A stretch of 64,000 bases of DNA from a virus: the IMG/VR virus record IMGVR_UViG_3300010396_000045, positions 29,590 through 93,589 of that record; one strand, given 5' to 3'. The notes under the pieces are model-generated. The model was given only the letters and a program-made list of their open reading frames with translations. It searched no databases and was not told the DNA's origin. Numbering within the stretch: position 1 is the first letter of the stretch; each line of letters opens with the position of its first letter. A program made the position numbers and the translations under genes. Of the stretch, positions 17,183 through 24,876 are shown piece after piece.

Positions 17183-19723
17183 TCACCCGACTTCGCCTGA
17201 GGTTATGACGATCACGGCGTCCCATTGGTCGGTATTAGTGGGGTGAGTGAATTCAACGTCTATGCAACTATTCGCATTATCCCGCGCGATAGTGGCTCCT
17301 ATCCCCGTTGTCGTCCCGACCGACCTAGTTCCATCCGGGTTTACGGTAGTAGTCACACCATCTAAGAGCGTGCTGGTAGACGTATGGGCAATAATATGTG
17401 GGCCGACACTTCCGCCGCCCCACATAGCCGCCCAACTGCTTCCCGGCGTTGTCTTGTCTGTGGCGACGAGCATAGCGGTGAAACCGTAAGCCCCATTGAG
17501 CGGCACGTTCATGCAGTTCGCAGAACCCGCCGCATTGCCGTCCGATGTTAGCCTGATAGCGCCACCCGATGTGGTTCCCTTGCCGCGCAGGACGATCTTT
17601 CCCGTCTGGGCGTCGCCTTGTGTAGCAAAGTCCCCGCTTCCCCATACATCCGCTCCTATGCGACCATTGTCGCTAGTGAAGCCGCCACCAGCCCGACTAT
17701 ATTGGGTTCCGGTAATCTTATTACTCTGCCCCCCTCCTATGAAGGAGAAGCTAGAATTAACTGTCGAGTTGTTCTCTCCGCCGATGATAACGGAGGCGGT
17801 CCCGTTCGTTACGCTCGTATTTAGCCCACCGATAGCGACCTCAAACGCGCCTGTGGCAGCACCGCCGCACAGTCCCATGATGATACTGTTTTGCCCCGGA
17901 GCGGCAGGGGAAAGATTGGTGCAGAATGATGAGCTATACCCACTCAGGTTAATGCCGCCATTATAAGTAGGAGGCGTTATGAATGGATATGGGTTGCCTA
18001 TGAATGTATAAGAAGCGCTGGTCACACCTGGCGCGAAGTACGGCTCTGATACCCCGTTAATCGAGTCCACGCCGTCTATCTGGATATTATGCGGGGCACG
18101 AGGGACGACAACCGTCCATGTATCTCCGGCACTGGCTGAGCCGGACCATGGGAACACCATGTCAGTAAATGAGAGGACGCCACTCGATACCGTTACCCCG
18201 GTCTGGCTGTTCCCCCCAGACGGAGCGGTTATATCAAAGGTGGTGGCATTCTCCGCTGTAACCGTATAAGTGCCGGTAACAGCTTTGGCGGTTATACCAT
18301 AATCAAACTTGCAAGTGGTGCCGCTTGCCACAGAGCCATTGTCATATCCGGGCTCTACGGCAACTCCCGTGTCAGTGCTCAGACGCGCTATTGGCACGTA
18401 GTTGGGAACGCCGGAAATCGGGCCTCCGCAGGTGAACTGCATGTTCACACCCAGACCTGCAGTGGAGGCGAAGTAGATGTGTCGCCCGTCACCCTGTGCA
18501 TTGGTCGTCAATGTGATCGGCGTATCCGCGCCGCTACCCGCGTTGCCCGCTCCTGGAGTCAGGGTCGCCCCGGCCCTATAACCGAAAACGCTAATTGCCG
18601 TCCCGGCATGGTAAACCTGCTGGTTGGAATTAGCCAAGTTGCTTGACGTCCGGTTCCCGTTGGGCATTAGGTAGTTCGAGGGGGCGAACACGACCGGAGA
18701 CCCAGTTCCTCCCGGCTGGCGCGTCGCCTCTAGGTCATAGATGAGGTTCGTGTCGCTGTTCCCAAAGACGATCCCATCCCCGTTCTGATACCATGCGCTT
18801 AAGTAATGCACACGGTTATAAGAGATGTTGTAGCTTGAGCTACTGTCTCCATTGAACAAGATCCCTGTCGGGGAATAGGCGCTGTTGGTCGAACGCGAGA
18901 TGATCCATATGTCGTTGCTCTGCGTTCCAGGGGCGTCTGTCAGAGTTGGCTGGGTTGTCAGCAGCGCTCCGACCACTCTAGGTTCAGCAACACCAATCCT
19001 GATCTGGCTATCCGATACGCTAGAGAACTTTGCACATATGTCGGCGAGAGACGCGCAGTCGAACACGATGTCGGTCACATCGGCAGAATACAGGGTCATT
19101 GTTCCGGACGGTTCAACGTCCAGCATAGTCCCATCAGCGGCTCCGATCCAAAGAAGCCGGGTCACTGACTGCCACCTGTTAAACTGGGTATTGTCTCGCT
19201 TATCGCCAATCCCCGCACCCTGAAGGTGGACGCCACGAGTATTCTGGGTGATCGTCGTCGCTAAGCCGAATAGGCCAGTCGGTATCATCACTGTGCGACC
19301 ACCAAGCGCGACAGCCTGGGCAATCGCCGCGTTGATGCACGGTCCTACGTCGTGCGTCGAATCCCAGGTACAAGAGCCATAGTCCACGGCCTGGATTACA
19401 TCGTTTGCCCGGTCGGATGGAGACCTGGCTGTGCCGCCTCCAGTTGCGGTAAAGGTAGTGGACCCAAGACTTGTCGGCGATAGCGGGGTATATCCTAGAG
19501 ACGATGTTATGACGCTAGGCTGGAAACCAGGAGAACCACCGACTGCCCCGTTGATTGTTGGGGTATTAAGAGTCCCACTGTTTACATCTGTCTTGCTAGA
19601 GAAGTAGCCCTGCCAATCTGTGACCGACGGGATCTGGCCCTTCGTAAAGGAGGGAGCACTCTGCGCAAAAGCAGAGCCAGCCGTCAGTACGGCCCCGAAC
19701 AGGGTAGCGACGAGCACTTTCAT
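17183..19723 (-). CDS. Beta-helix (pectate-lyase-like) protein with apparent Sec signal peptide
   Basis: MKVLVATLFGAVLTAGSAFA-Q; DYG..HDVGPCINAAIAQA..GRTVMIPTG. Confidence 0.65.
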   Translation of the reverse strand: MKVLVATLFGAVLTAGSAFAQSAPSFTKGQIPSVTDWQGYFSSKTDVNSGTLNTPTINGAVGGSPGFQPSVITSSLGYTPLSPTSLGSTTFTATGGGTARSPSDRANDVIQAVDYGSCTWDSTHDVGPCINAAIAQAVALGGRTVMIPTGLFGLATTITQNTRGVHLQGAGIGDKRDNTQFNRWQSVTRLLWIGAADGTMLDVEPSGTMTLYSADVTDIVFDCASLADICAKFSSVSDSQIRIGVAEPRVVGALLTTQPTLTDAPGTQSNDIWIISRSTNSAYSPTGILFNGDSSSSYNISYNRVHYLSAWYQNGDGIVFGNSDTNLIYDLEATRQPGGTGSPVVFAPSNYLMPNGNRTSSNLANSNQQVYHAGTAISVFGYRAGATLTPGAGNAGSGADTPITLTTNAQGDGRHIYFASTAGLGVNMQFTCGGPISGVPNYVPIARLSTDTGVAVEPGYDNGSVASGTTCKFDYGITAKAVTGTYTVTAENATTFDITAPSGGNSQTGVTVSSGVLSFTDMVFPWSGSASAGDTWTVVVPRAPHNIQIDGVDSINGVSEPYFAPGVTSASYTFIGNPYPFITPPTYNGGINLSGYSSSFCTNLSPAAPGQNSIIMGLCGGAATGAFEVAIGGLNTSVTNGTASVIIGGENNSTVNSSFSFIGGGQSNKITGTQYSRAGGGFTSDNGRIGADVWGSGDFATQGDAQTGKIVLRGKGTTSGGAIRLTSDGNAAGSANCMNVPLNGAYGFTAMLVATDKTTPGSSWAAMWGGGSVGPHIIAHTSTSTLLDGVTTTVNPDGTRSVGTTTGIGATIARDNANSCIDVEFTHPTNTDQWDAVIVITSGEVG

Positions 19724-20214
19724 CCGAGGAAGTCCACCCCTATTCGCCCTGTGCCAATTGCAAAGTCTGTAGAAGGACTTGTCGGAGCGGTTCCGGTACC
19801 TGGAGGTGTGGGAGTTACCGTCTGCGCTCCGCCACCCGTCTGTGCAATGCCAGCGATCGGCAATAGCACATCAGAGACTGGCACTACTCCGTAGATCGTA
19901 TCGAGAGACACCGAGACGTTGAACGTCCGCGTGGCACGGTCGAGGCTGCTGCTATAGCTCAGGATGACGTTTACGCCAGGAGTCGTCAGGATCCGGTTGC
20001 GGATGACAGCGTCCCGCGTTGCCTGCGTATTACGCCCCAGGACGCCCGTAGGCCACGCGGTCCCGTCCGTAGTATCAAGGAACCACTCCCCACTCCATAG
20101 GGATAATCTCGTCTTTACAGCCTGCGCAACGGCGTCCGGCGTGTTGACGTAGAACGCGGAGATACCGCCGCCGAGGCTATAGTCTCCGCTTGCGTCGAGG
20201 GCTCTGTAGCGCAC
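19720..20214 (-). CDS. Baseplate wedge initiator (Mu gp46-like)
   Basis: MRYRALDASGDY, AVKTRLSLWSGEWFLD, DTIYG. Confidence 0.85.
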   Translation of the reverse strand: MRYRALDASGDYSLGGGISAFYVNTPDAVAQAVKTRLSLWSGEWFLDTTDGTAWPTGVLGRNTQATRDAVIRNRILTTPGVNVILSYSSSLDRATRTFNVSVSLDTIYGVVPVSDVLLPIAGIAQTGGGAQTVTPTPPGTGTAPTSPSTDFAIGTGRIGVDFLG

Positions 20215-20551
20215 TCTTGCGTCGCTCCTGGATGTGGAGGAGTTCCTCCTCGGTCAGATCCTCGATCCGCTGCATTTGATTCGACGCTCTAGCGGTCGCT
20301 GCGATCAACTCATCAAGCTTGAGCTGCATAGCAAGAGTGTCGCGGTTCTGGCTGTGCTGGAGGAGGAAGACCATAAGGAAGGTGATGATCGTCGTGACCG
20401 TGTTGGCGATAAGCTGCCAGGTGTCAGAAAAGTCGAATAGCTGCCCGGTAGCGAGCCACGCTATGACAAGTATAACCGCCGAGACGAAAGCGTAGGCATG
20501 GCCGCATTGCACGGCCATCCACCGCGCTAGCCGTGCAAACTGCTCGTTCAT
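20177..20551 (-). CDS. Low-affinity iron permease (Fet4-like) family membrane protein
   Basis: FSDTWQLIANTVTTIITFLMVFLLQHSQNRDT..QLKLDELI is the family signature. Confidence 0.85.
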   Translation of the reverse strand: MNEQFARLARWMAVQCGHAYAFVSAVILVIAWLATGQLFDFSDTWQLIANTVTTIITFLMVFLLQHSQNRDTLAMQLKLDELIAATARASNQMQRIEDLTEEELLHIQERRKSALQSPRRKRRL

Positions 20552-20553
20552 TC

Positions 20554-21363
20554 CTAAGTCCCTGGAGTTGGTGGGACTGTCTGGGCGGCAGCCGGAACAC
20601 CAGCTACGCCGTGCCTGTGAGTAGACAGCCCCACCTGGTCTGCCGTCCCAAAGCCGCCCGTTACCGTCCCGGTGATCTGCAAGTTGCCGTTGATCTTCAC
20701 CAGAGGACAGTTAATCGTCATCAGGCTCGCGCTGTTGACAGTCACGGTAGGCGCAGTGACCGTAGCCGAATTGTTGGCCGTCACGGTCACGCTAGAAGCG
20801 CCGGTAATGTTGACGACGTTGTTCTGCGCGTCCGCCTCTATCGTTATCCCCTTGACGACCAGCCTGACCTTCTCGTTGTCGTTATCGACCTCGGCATAGA
20901 TCGACCCGTCGCTCGTCCGGAGCTGCGCCGTCGTCGTCGAGAGGTTGCTGATCTTTGTGGCTTGAGACCAAGGCCCAGGTATCGCGAAGCCGTCCGACAA
21001 ATCGTGCATTCGCAATTCTCGCTGCGTTTGCACTCCGCCTTGCTGCCACCAGTTGTCGATGCACCGGGAGCTGAAAACGATCAGGCATTCGTCCCCCTGC
21101 TGCACCGGAAACGTCAGCGCATATTGCCCGCCCCGAGGAAAGATAACCGGGACGTCGGGAATGACAGGCATGACCTTCCATTCCTTCGTCTGGTCTGGCC
21201 CCGTATAGAGCGCGTGTAGCGCAGGCTGGACCTGTGCCGTTATCGTATCCGCATCGTAGCTGGTGATGATGCCGGGTAACGCGGTCCAAATGCCGGATTG
21301 TCTGCTCTGAATAGCACTTTTAACCGCGCTCTGGGGGTTTTCGTAGCGTTCTCGGTCTTGCAT
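20554..21363 (-). CDS. Baseplate central spike (Gp138/gp45-like)
   Basis: DVPVIFPRGG, GDECLIVFSSRCIDNWW, RMHDLSDGF; C-terminal HRH metal-binding apex. Confidence 0.9.
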   Translation of the reverse strand: MQDRERYENPQSAVKSAIQSRQSGIWTALPGIITSYDADTITAQVQPALHALYTGPDQTKEWKVMPVIPDVPVIFPRGGQYALTFPVQQGDECLIVFSSRCIDNWWQQGGVQTQRELRMHDLSDGFAIPGPWSQATKISNLSTTTAQLRTSDGSIYAEVDNDNEKVRLVVKGITIEADAQNNVVNITGASSVTVTANNSATVTAPTVTVNSASLMTINCPLVKINGNLQITGTVTGGFGTADQVGLSTHRHGVAGVPAAAQTVPPTPGT

Positions 21364-22466
21364 TATAGAGGTGTCGTCCCCGGCGAAGGTCCTAACACAG
21401 CCGATGCAGATAGAGGCGGAGGGGGAGGAACGTTGAGGTTAGCTTGCGGCGTGTTAGCCGTGGGATCTACCGATAACGCCGTAAGCCTAGTGTACCACTC
21501 GCCGCCTCGCGTATCACCGACGTGGCTCGCGTAGATCACGACATAGTCTCCGTCGCTATTCAGCGGAGGAACCCATGCTCCCTGGTTCCCAAAGGCAGCA
21601 TTAGGAGAAGCCGCCCGTTGGTTTATCGTCGCATTAGCTGCCGCAAGGCGTAGCTGCGCAATCTCACTATTATTGAAGCGAACCCGCGCTCCCCAAACGA
21701 CACTTGGGTTCAACAAGCACATCGCCTGTATTCCCGTTTCAGTCTGTTCCGGAGTTCCTATCTGGCCTGTGGCCGAATTTATGATTACTGCCTCTCCAGG
21801 ACGGACAGAAAACTTTGGGAGAACCTGGAGCTGGTTTTGATAAATGTTCCAAGTGCACGAATAGGAGTCAGCAAAATCGTCAAGATAATCGCGTGTTAGC
21901 CCATGCATTACCTTACCACGAGGAGCCGGCTGGGCCTGCAAGCCATCGGGAGGGCCGCCATATGTTGCCTGCCACGGAGAAAGTGAATCGGCACAGTGTT
22001 GAAGAACATCCTCGCTCGTATAGCCTTTTGCTAGGCTCTTGGAGAGGAATCCGAAATTATGGGCCATATCTCCGTCAGCCGCAAAGATGTCGATGTATGT
22101 ATCTACATTGGACTCTTTGCCGGTACGGAGTTGATAGATGTAGCCCTGGAATAGTTGACCAAAGTTCTGCTGGTAGCCGGCCTTCAACACGACCTGCGCC
22201 GAAGTCTTCCTAGGAACTCCGACTATCGTCGCACCGTTCTGGCTTGCTAGACCTACAATCCTTTCCGTAGTGTTGGAACTCAGGTTATAAACTCTTGCAT
22301 GTAGAGACGCGGGGGTATCTCTCGTCCAATAGTTGACAGTGAAACGAATCCTCAAGACATTCGGCTGGTCAGGACCCGCTAGCTCGATACCATTACCTTG
22401 CATGTCAGCAACGACGAGGGAGCATGCTCGCAGCCACTGAGCAGCGCTACTTACTGTCTGGCTCAC
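21363..22466 (-). CDS. Baseplate hub protein
   Basis: RVYNLS, LKAGY..LFQG, CLLNP, GDTRGGEWY; synteny. Confidence 0.85.
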   Translation of the reverse strand: MSQTVSSAAQWLRACSLVVADMQGNGIELAGPDQPNVLRIRFTVNYWTRDTPASLHARVYNLSSNTTERIVGLASQNGATIVGVPRKTSAQVVLKAGYQQNFGQLFQGYIYQLRTGKESNVDTYIDIFAADGDMAHNFGFLSKSLAKGYTSEDVLQHCADSLSPWQATYGGPPDGLQAQPAPRGKVMHGLTRDYLDDFADSYSCTWNIYQNQLQVLPKFSVRPGEAVIINSATGQIGTPEQTETGIQAMCLLNPSVVWGARVRFNNSEIAQLRLAAANATINQRAASPNAAFGNQGAWVPPLNSDGDYVVIYASHVGDTRGGEWYTRLTALSVDPTANTPQANLNVPPPPPLSASAVLGPSPGTTPL

Positions 22467-22496
22467 TTGCTTCTTGCCGCCGTAAAGCTATATAAT
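22467..22496 (+). promoter_or_regulatory. Promoter for pentamer-repeat RNA A
   Basis: TTGCTT-N18-TATAAT just upstream of the array. Confidence 0.6.
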
Positions 22497-22514
22497 GAGG
22501 CACGCTCCCCAGAG

Positions 22515-22607
22515 CGCATGGCTTGGTGTAGTCCGGTCAGGCGATGTATGGCGCGGTGGGGCTTGGAAGGGCAGTGTCAGGTATGGCACGGCTGGGTAAG
22601 GCAAGGA
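22515..22607 (+). ncRNA. (GGY-NN) pentamer array A, putative guide RNA (18 variable dinucleotides)
   Basis: cgcAT ggcTT ggtGT agtCC ggtCA ggcGA tgtAT ggcGC ggtGG ggcTT ggaAG ggcAG tgtCA ggtAT ggcAC ggcTG ggtAA ggcAA gga; own promoter and terminator. Confidence 0.85.
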
Positions 22608-22640
22608 GAGCGGGGCTTAGGCTCCGCTCTATTTCTTTCT
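22607..22640 (+). terminator. Intrinsic terminator after array A
   Basis: AGAGCGGGG-cttagg-CTCCGCTCT stem then ATTTCTTTCT. Confidence 0.7.
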
Positions 22641-22829
22641 GTCCAGCCCGATCATCATGAGCCGACGAACTGCTTCTGGCCGGGTCGGCAAATCATCCTG
22701 AACTCGCCGCCAGTCATCCAACCGTACTAGCTGCGACCGCTCTAGCCGTACGTTGACCGCCTCGCTATCTACGCTTGGCCTGCCAATTTTCTTTGCCGAT
22801 TTCTTAGCGCCGGATATTGACATGCCCAA
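22629..22829 (-). CDS. Ribbon-helix-helix DNA-binding protein
   Basis: GRPSVDSEAVNVRL..LDDWRR..PTRPEAVRRL; divergent from HNH/RAMP genes. Confidence 0.75.
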   Translation of the reverse strand: MGMSISGAKKSAKKIGRPSVDSEAVNVRLERSQLVRLDDWRRVQDDLPTRPEAVRRLMMIGLDRKK

Positions 22830-22855
22830 TACATAGCGCTATGCAATCTGCATAG
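22817..22855 (+). promoter_or_regulatory. Promoter TTGACA-N17-TATGCA overlapped by perfect operator CTATGCA-ATC-TGCATAG (22839-22855)
   Basis: Direct sequence; upstream of the HNH-RAMP-array operon. Confidence 0.7.
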
Positions 22856-22872
22856 CAACACGGAATACATGA

Positions 22873-23298
22873 ATGCCGTGCCAGGGTCTAATCGGCGACT
22901 ACTCATGCTCTGGCTGGCGCTCACTTGCTCAGCATATCCGAGAGCGCGACGGCAACCGATGCCGGGGCTGTAACCGGGGGCAGGAGACCATCGCGCTTGA
23001 GGTTCACCATCGGACCTACGGGACTCCGGGCCGCCCATGCGGAGCGTGTTATCTGACTGCCGTAGAAGACGACGACCTAGTTACCCTCTGCATTGAGTGC
23101 CACGAAGCGGTGACGAACGTGCGCCGGAAAGTGCGCTACGCCACCAGAAGCATAGAGATCGATACGATTGACCCTCCTGTGGCCGTAGTAGAGCCAGTCA
23201 GGAGGGTTCTGATCGTTCCCGTCGAACTGGTTCCTCCTCCGGTAGCCGCCGGAGTCGTAGTCAGGCCTAAGAAGTTCAATCCATTCAGCGAAGGTTAA
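22873..23298 (+). CDS. HNH endonuclease (McrA-like core) with C-terminal tail
   Basis: RERDGNRCRGC..LEVHHRTY..LVTLCIECHEAV. Confidence 0.85.
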   Translation: MPCQGLIGDYSCSGWRSLAQHIRERDGNRCRGCNRGQETIALEVHHRTYGTPGRPCGACYLTAVEDDDLVTLCIECHEAVTNVRRKVRYATRSIEIDTIDPPVAVVEPVRRVLIVPVELVPPPVAAGVVVRPKKFNPFSEG

Positions 23299-23300
23299 GT

Positions 23301-23891
23301 ATGCACAAAATACTCAAGACACGTCTAATCTCTGTTGCGCCATTTATCATGCACAACGGTCAGACTGCCGATCCCCTAAACAAGTTCGCCAAGGCGATGA
23401 AGGAAATCAGCGGCAAGCGGAAGAAGACCGAGGCGGACTTCATTGAACTGGCCCGCATCGAGTACTTCGCCGGCCTTTACATCGATAAGGATGGCCCAAT
23501 CATCCCATCCGTAATGCTAGAAGCTATGATTACGAAAGGCGCGGCAAAGGCCAAGAACAGTAAGCTAGCCGAGGCCGGAGTTATCGTCGACCAGCACGGT
23601 TACCTAGAATACGACGGTCCTCGGACCCCGGAGGAACTTGTCGCTGACGATCGGTTCCGGCTGACAGTTCCTGTCCGCATCGGCCAACAGAAGGTCATCA
23701 GGACGCGCCCAATCTTCCGGCAATGGGCGGCTGACATCGAGATCAAATACCTGGATGATATCATTAACGAACGCGACCTGCTTACCGCACTGCGGGCAGC
23801 GGGCACGTATGTCGGCATCGGTGACTGGCGCCCGCGCAACGGACGCTTCGCTCTCGCTGCCGATATGGCAGCCTTGAAAGAGGCGGCCTAG
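23301..23891 (+). CDS. RAMP/Cas7-like RNA-binding protein associated with pentamer arrays
   Basis: N-terminal strand + PFIMHN, IIPSVMLEAMI helix, RTRPIF..W thumb, C-terminal Gly-rich loop AGTYVGIGDWRPRNGRF. Confidence 0.7.
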   Translation: MHKILKTRLISVAPFIMHNGQTADPLNKFAKAMKEISGKRKKTEADFIELARIEYFAGLYIDKDGPIIPSVMLEAMITKGAAKAKNSKLAEAGVIVDQHGYLEYDGPRTPEELVADDRFRLTVPVRIGQQKVIRTRPIFRQWAADIEIKYLDDIINERDLLTALRAAGTYVGIGDWRPRNGRFALAADMAALKEAA

Positions 23892-23979
23892 GGCTTGGTC
23901 AGGTCAGGCTCGGTATGGCTCGGCAGGGCAAGGCATAGTTGGGCAGTGTCCGGTCAGGCTTGGTATGGCTTGGTGAGGG
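23892..23979 (+). ncRNA. (GGY-NN) pentamer array B (17 units)
   Basis: Starts right after the RAMP stop; NN = TT CA CA TC AT TC AG AA AT TG AG CC CA TT AT TT GA. Confidence 0.85.
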
Positions 23980-23988
23980 CTTTCATAG

Positions 23989-24033
23989 CGGGGAGGAGGC
24001 GATACGTCGCCTTCTCTTCGGTGCGAAAGTACC
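23989..24033 (+). other. Two hairpins separating arrays B and C
   Basis: CGGGGAGGAGGCGA-tacg-TCGCCTTCTCTTCG and GGTGC-gaaa-GTACC. Confidence 0.65.
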
Positions 24034-24115
24034 GCATGGTCGAGTACGGCCTGGTCAGGTGAGGCTGGCTATGGCGCGGTCTAGTCAGGTCCGGCGATGT
24101 TGGGTATGGCAGGGA
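24033..24115 (+). ncRNA. (GGY-NN) pentamer array C (16 units)
   Basis: Begins CGCATGG like array A; NN = AT CG AC CT CA GA TG AT GC CT CA CC GA TG AT AG. Confidence 0.8.
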
Positions 24116-24124
24116 AACTACTTT

Positions 24125-24511
24125 ATGATACGAGTACTGACCGTCACGGCAGCAATCCTATTAGCAGGATCTCTAGCTAATGCGGATGAGATCCGCTGGT
24201 TCGCGGGGCGCTATGTCAACGTTATGGATGGCTATGCCTATAGCGATCCCGACTCAATGATCGAGTGCTCTATAGATAGAGACTGGACAAAACCTCCGCT
24301 ACCCCAGTTCCGGCATAAGCCGGCCCATGGCTCTTGTCAGCATGTCCTTCGTTCCGCAGCCAATCCTGGCTTCGTCCCATTTAGGGACGGATGGTTTATC
24401 AATACCGAGCCACCATACGCAGGTATTATAGGTATGCAGTGCGGCGCGACTGTCGGCCAGAAGGATGGGGGATTCTGGTGTGACTGGCCCCCTTATGGAA
24501 CCACAAAATAA
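24125..24511 (+). CDS. Small exported protein
   Basis: Likely start MIRVLTVTAAILLAGSLANA (signal peptide); the track's N-terminal extension is a translation of the arrays. Confidence 0.6.
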   Translation: MIRVLTVTAAILLAGSLANADEIRWFAGRYVNVMDGYAYSDPDSMIECSIDRDWTKPPLPQFRHKPAHGSCQHVLRSAANPGFVPFRDGWFINTEPPYAGIIGMQCGATVGQKDGGFWCDWPPYGTTK

Positions 24512-24876
24512 AGGTGCCCAGTCGTTCCAAGACCTGAGAAGTCCGGAACGCCGTCCGGATCACCGTCGACCTGGACCATAAGCGCTCCCCCGATGCCGAG
24601 GTATTCGTACTGGTAGAGTAGGTCGATGCCTGGGATTAGTGGCAACCCGGCGGCAATCGAGTTGCCAGTCGTATCACTGATATCCAGAAGCCAGCCGTCC
24701 AGCACGTTAGTGTCGAAAACCACATTCTGGCTAAGCGTATCTGCACCGATGGGTGCGCCAGATATTCCAGCGTTGGCCTCATGGTAGGTCAGCCTCATCG
24801 TATAGGTTACGCCCGCAAGCTGGATAGAGAATTCCTGCGCTTGGGCGATAAGCGGGATCTCGTACCATGTAGCCAT
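24493..24876 (-). CDS. Baseplate plug-type small tail protein
   Basis: YEIPL..FSIQLAG, WLLDISD, PLIPGIDLLYQYEYLG. Confidence 0.8.
   Translation of the reverse strand: MATWYEIPLIAQAQEFSIQLAGVTYTMRLTYHEANAGISGAPIGADTLSQNVVFDTNVLDGWLLDISDTTGNSIAAGLPLIPGIDLLYQYEYLGIGGALMVQVDGDPDGVPDFSGLGTTGHLYFVVP

Noticed and set aside
22398-22730. Track ORF 22398-22730 and the N-terminal part of 23939-24511 as proteins
   Set aside because: They are translations of the repeat RNAs (G/W/R/Q periodicity); a better signal-peptide start exists at 24125
22515-24115. Pentamer arrays as a CRISPR array or simple microsatellite
   Set aside because: No 25-40-nt repeats with spacers and no cas1/cas2; the NN positions are too diverse for slippage-generated repeats
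24033-24115. Array C read in sense (I-R-T-L-x-D-x-I-A) as a match to portal IRTIVDAVA
   Set aside because: Only the first half fits and the remainder fails; compatible with chance
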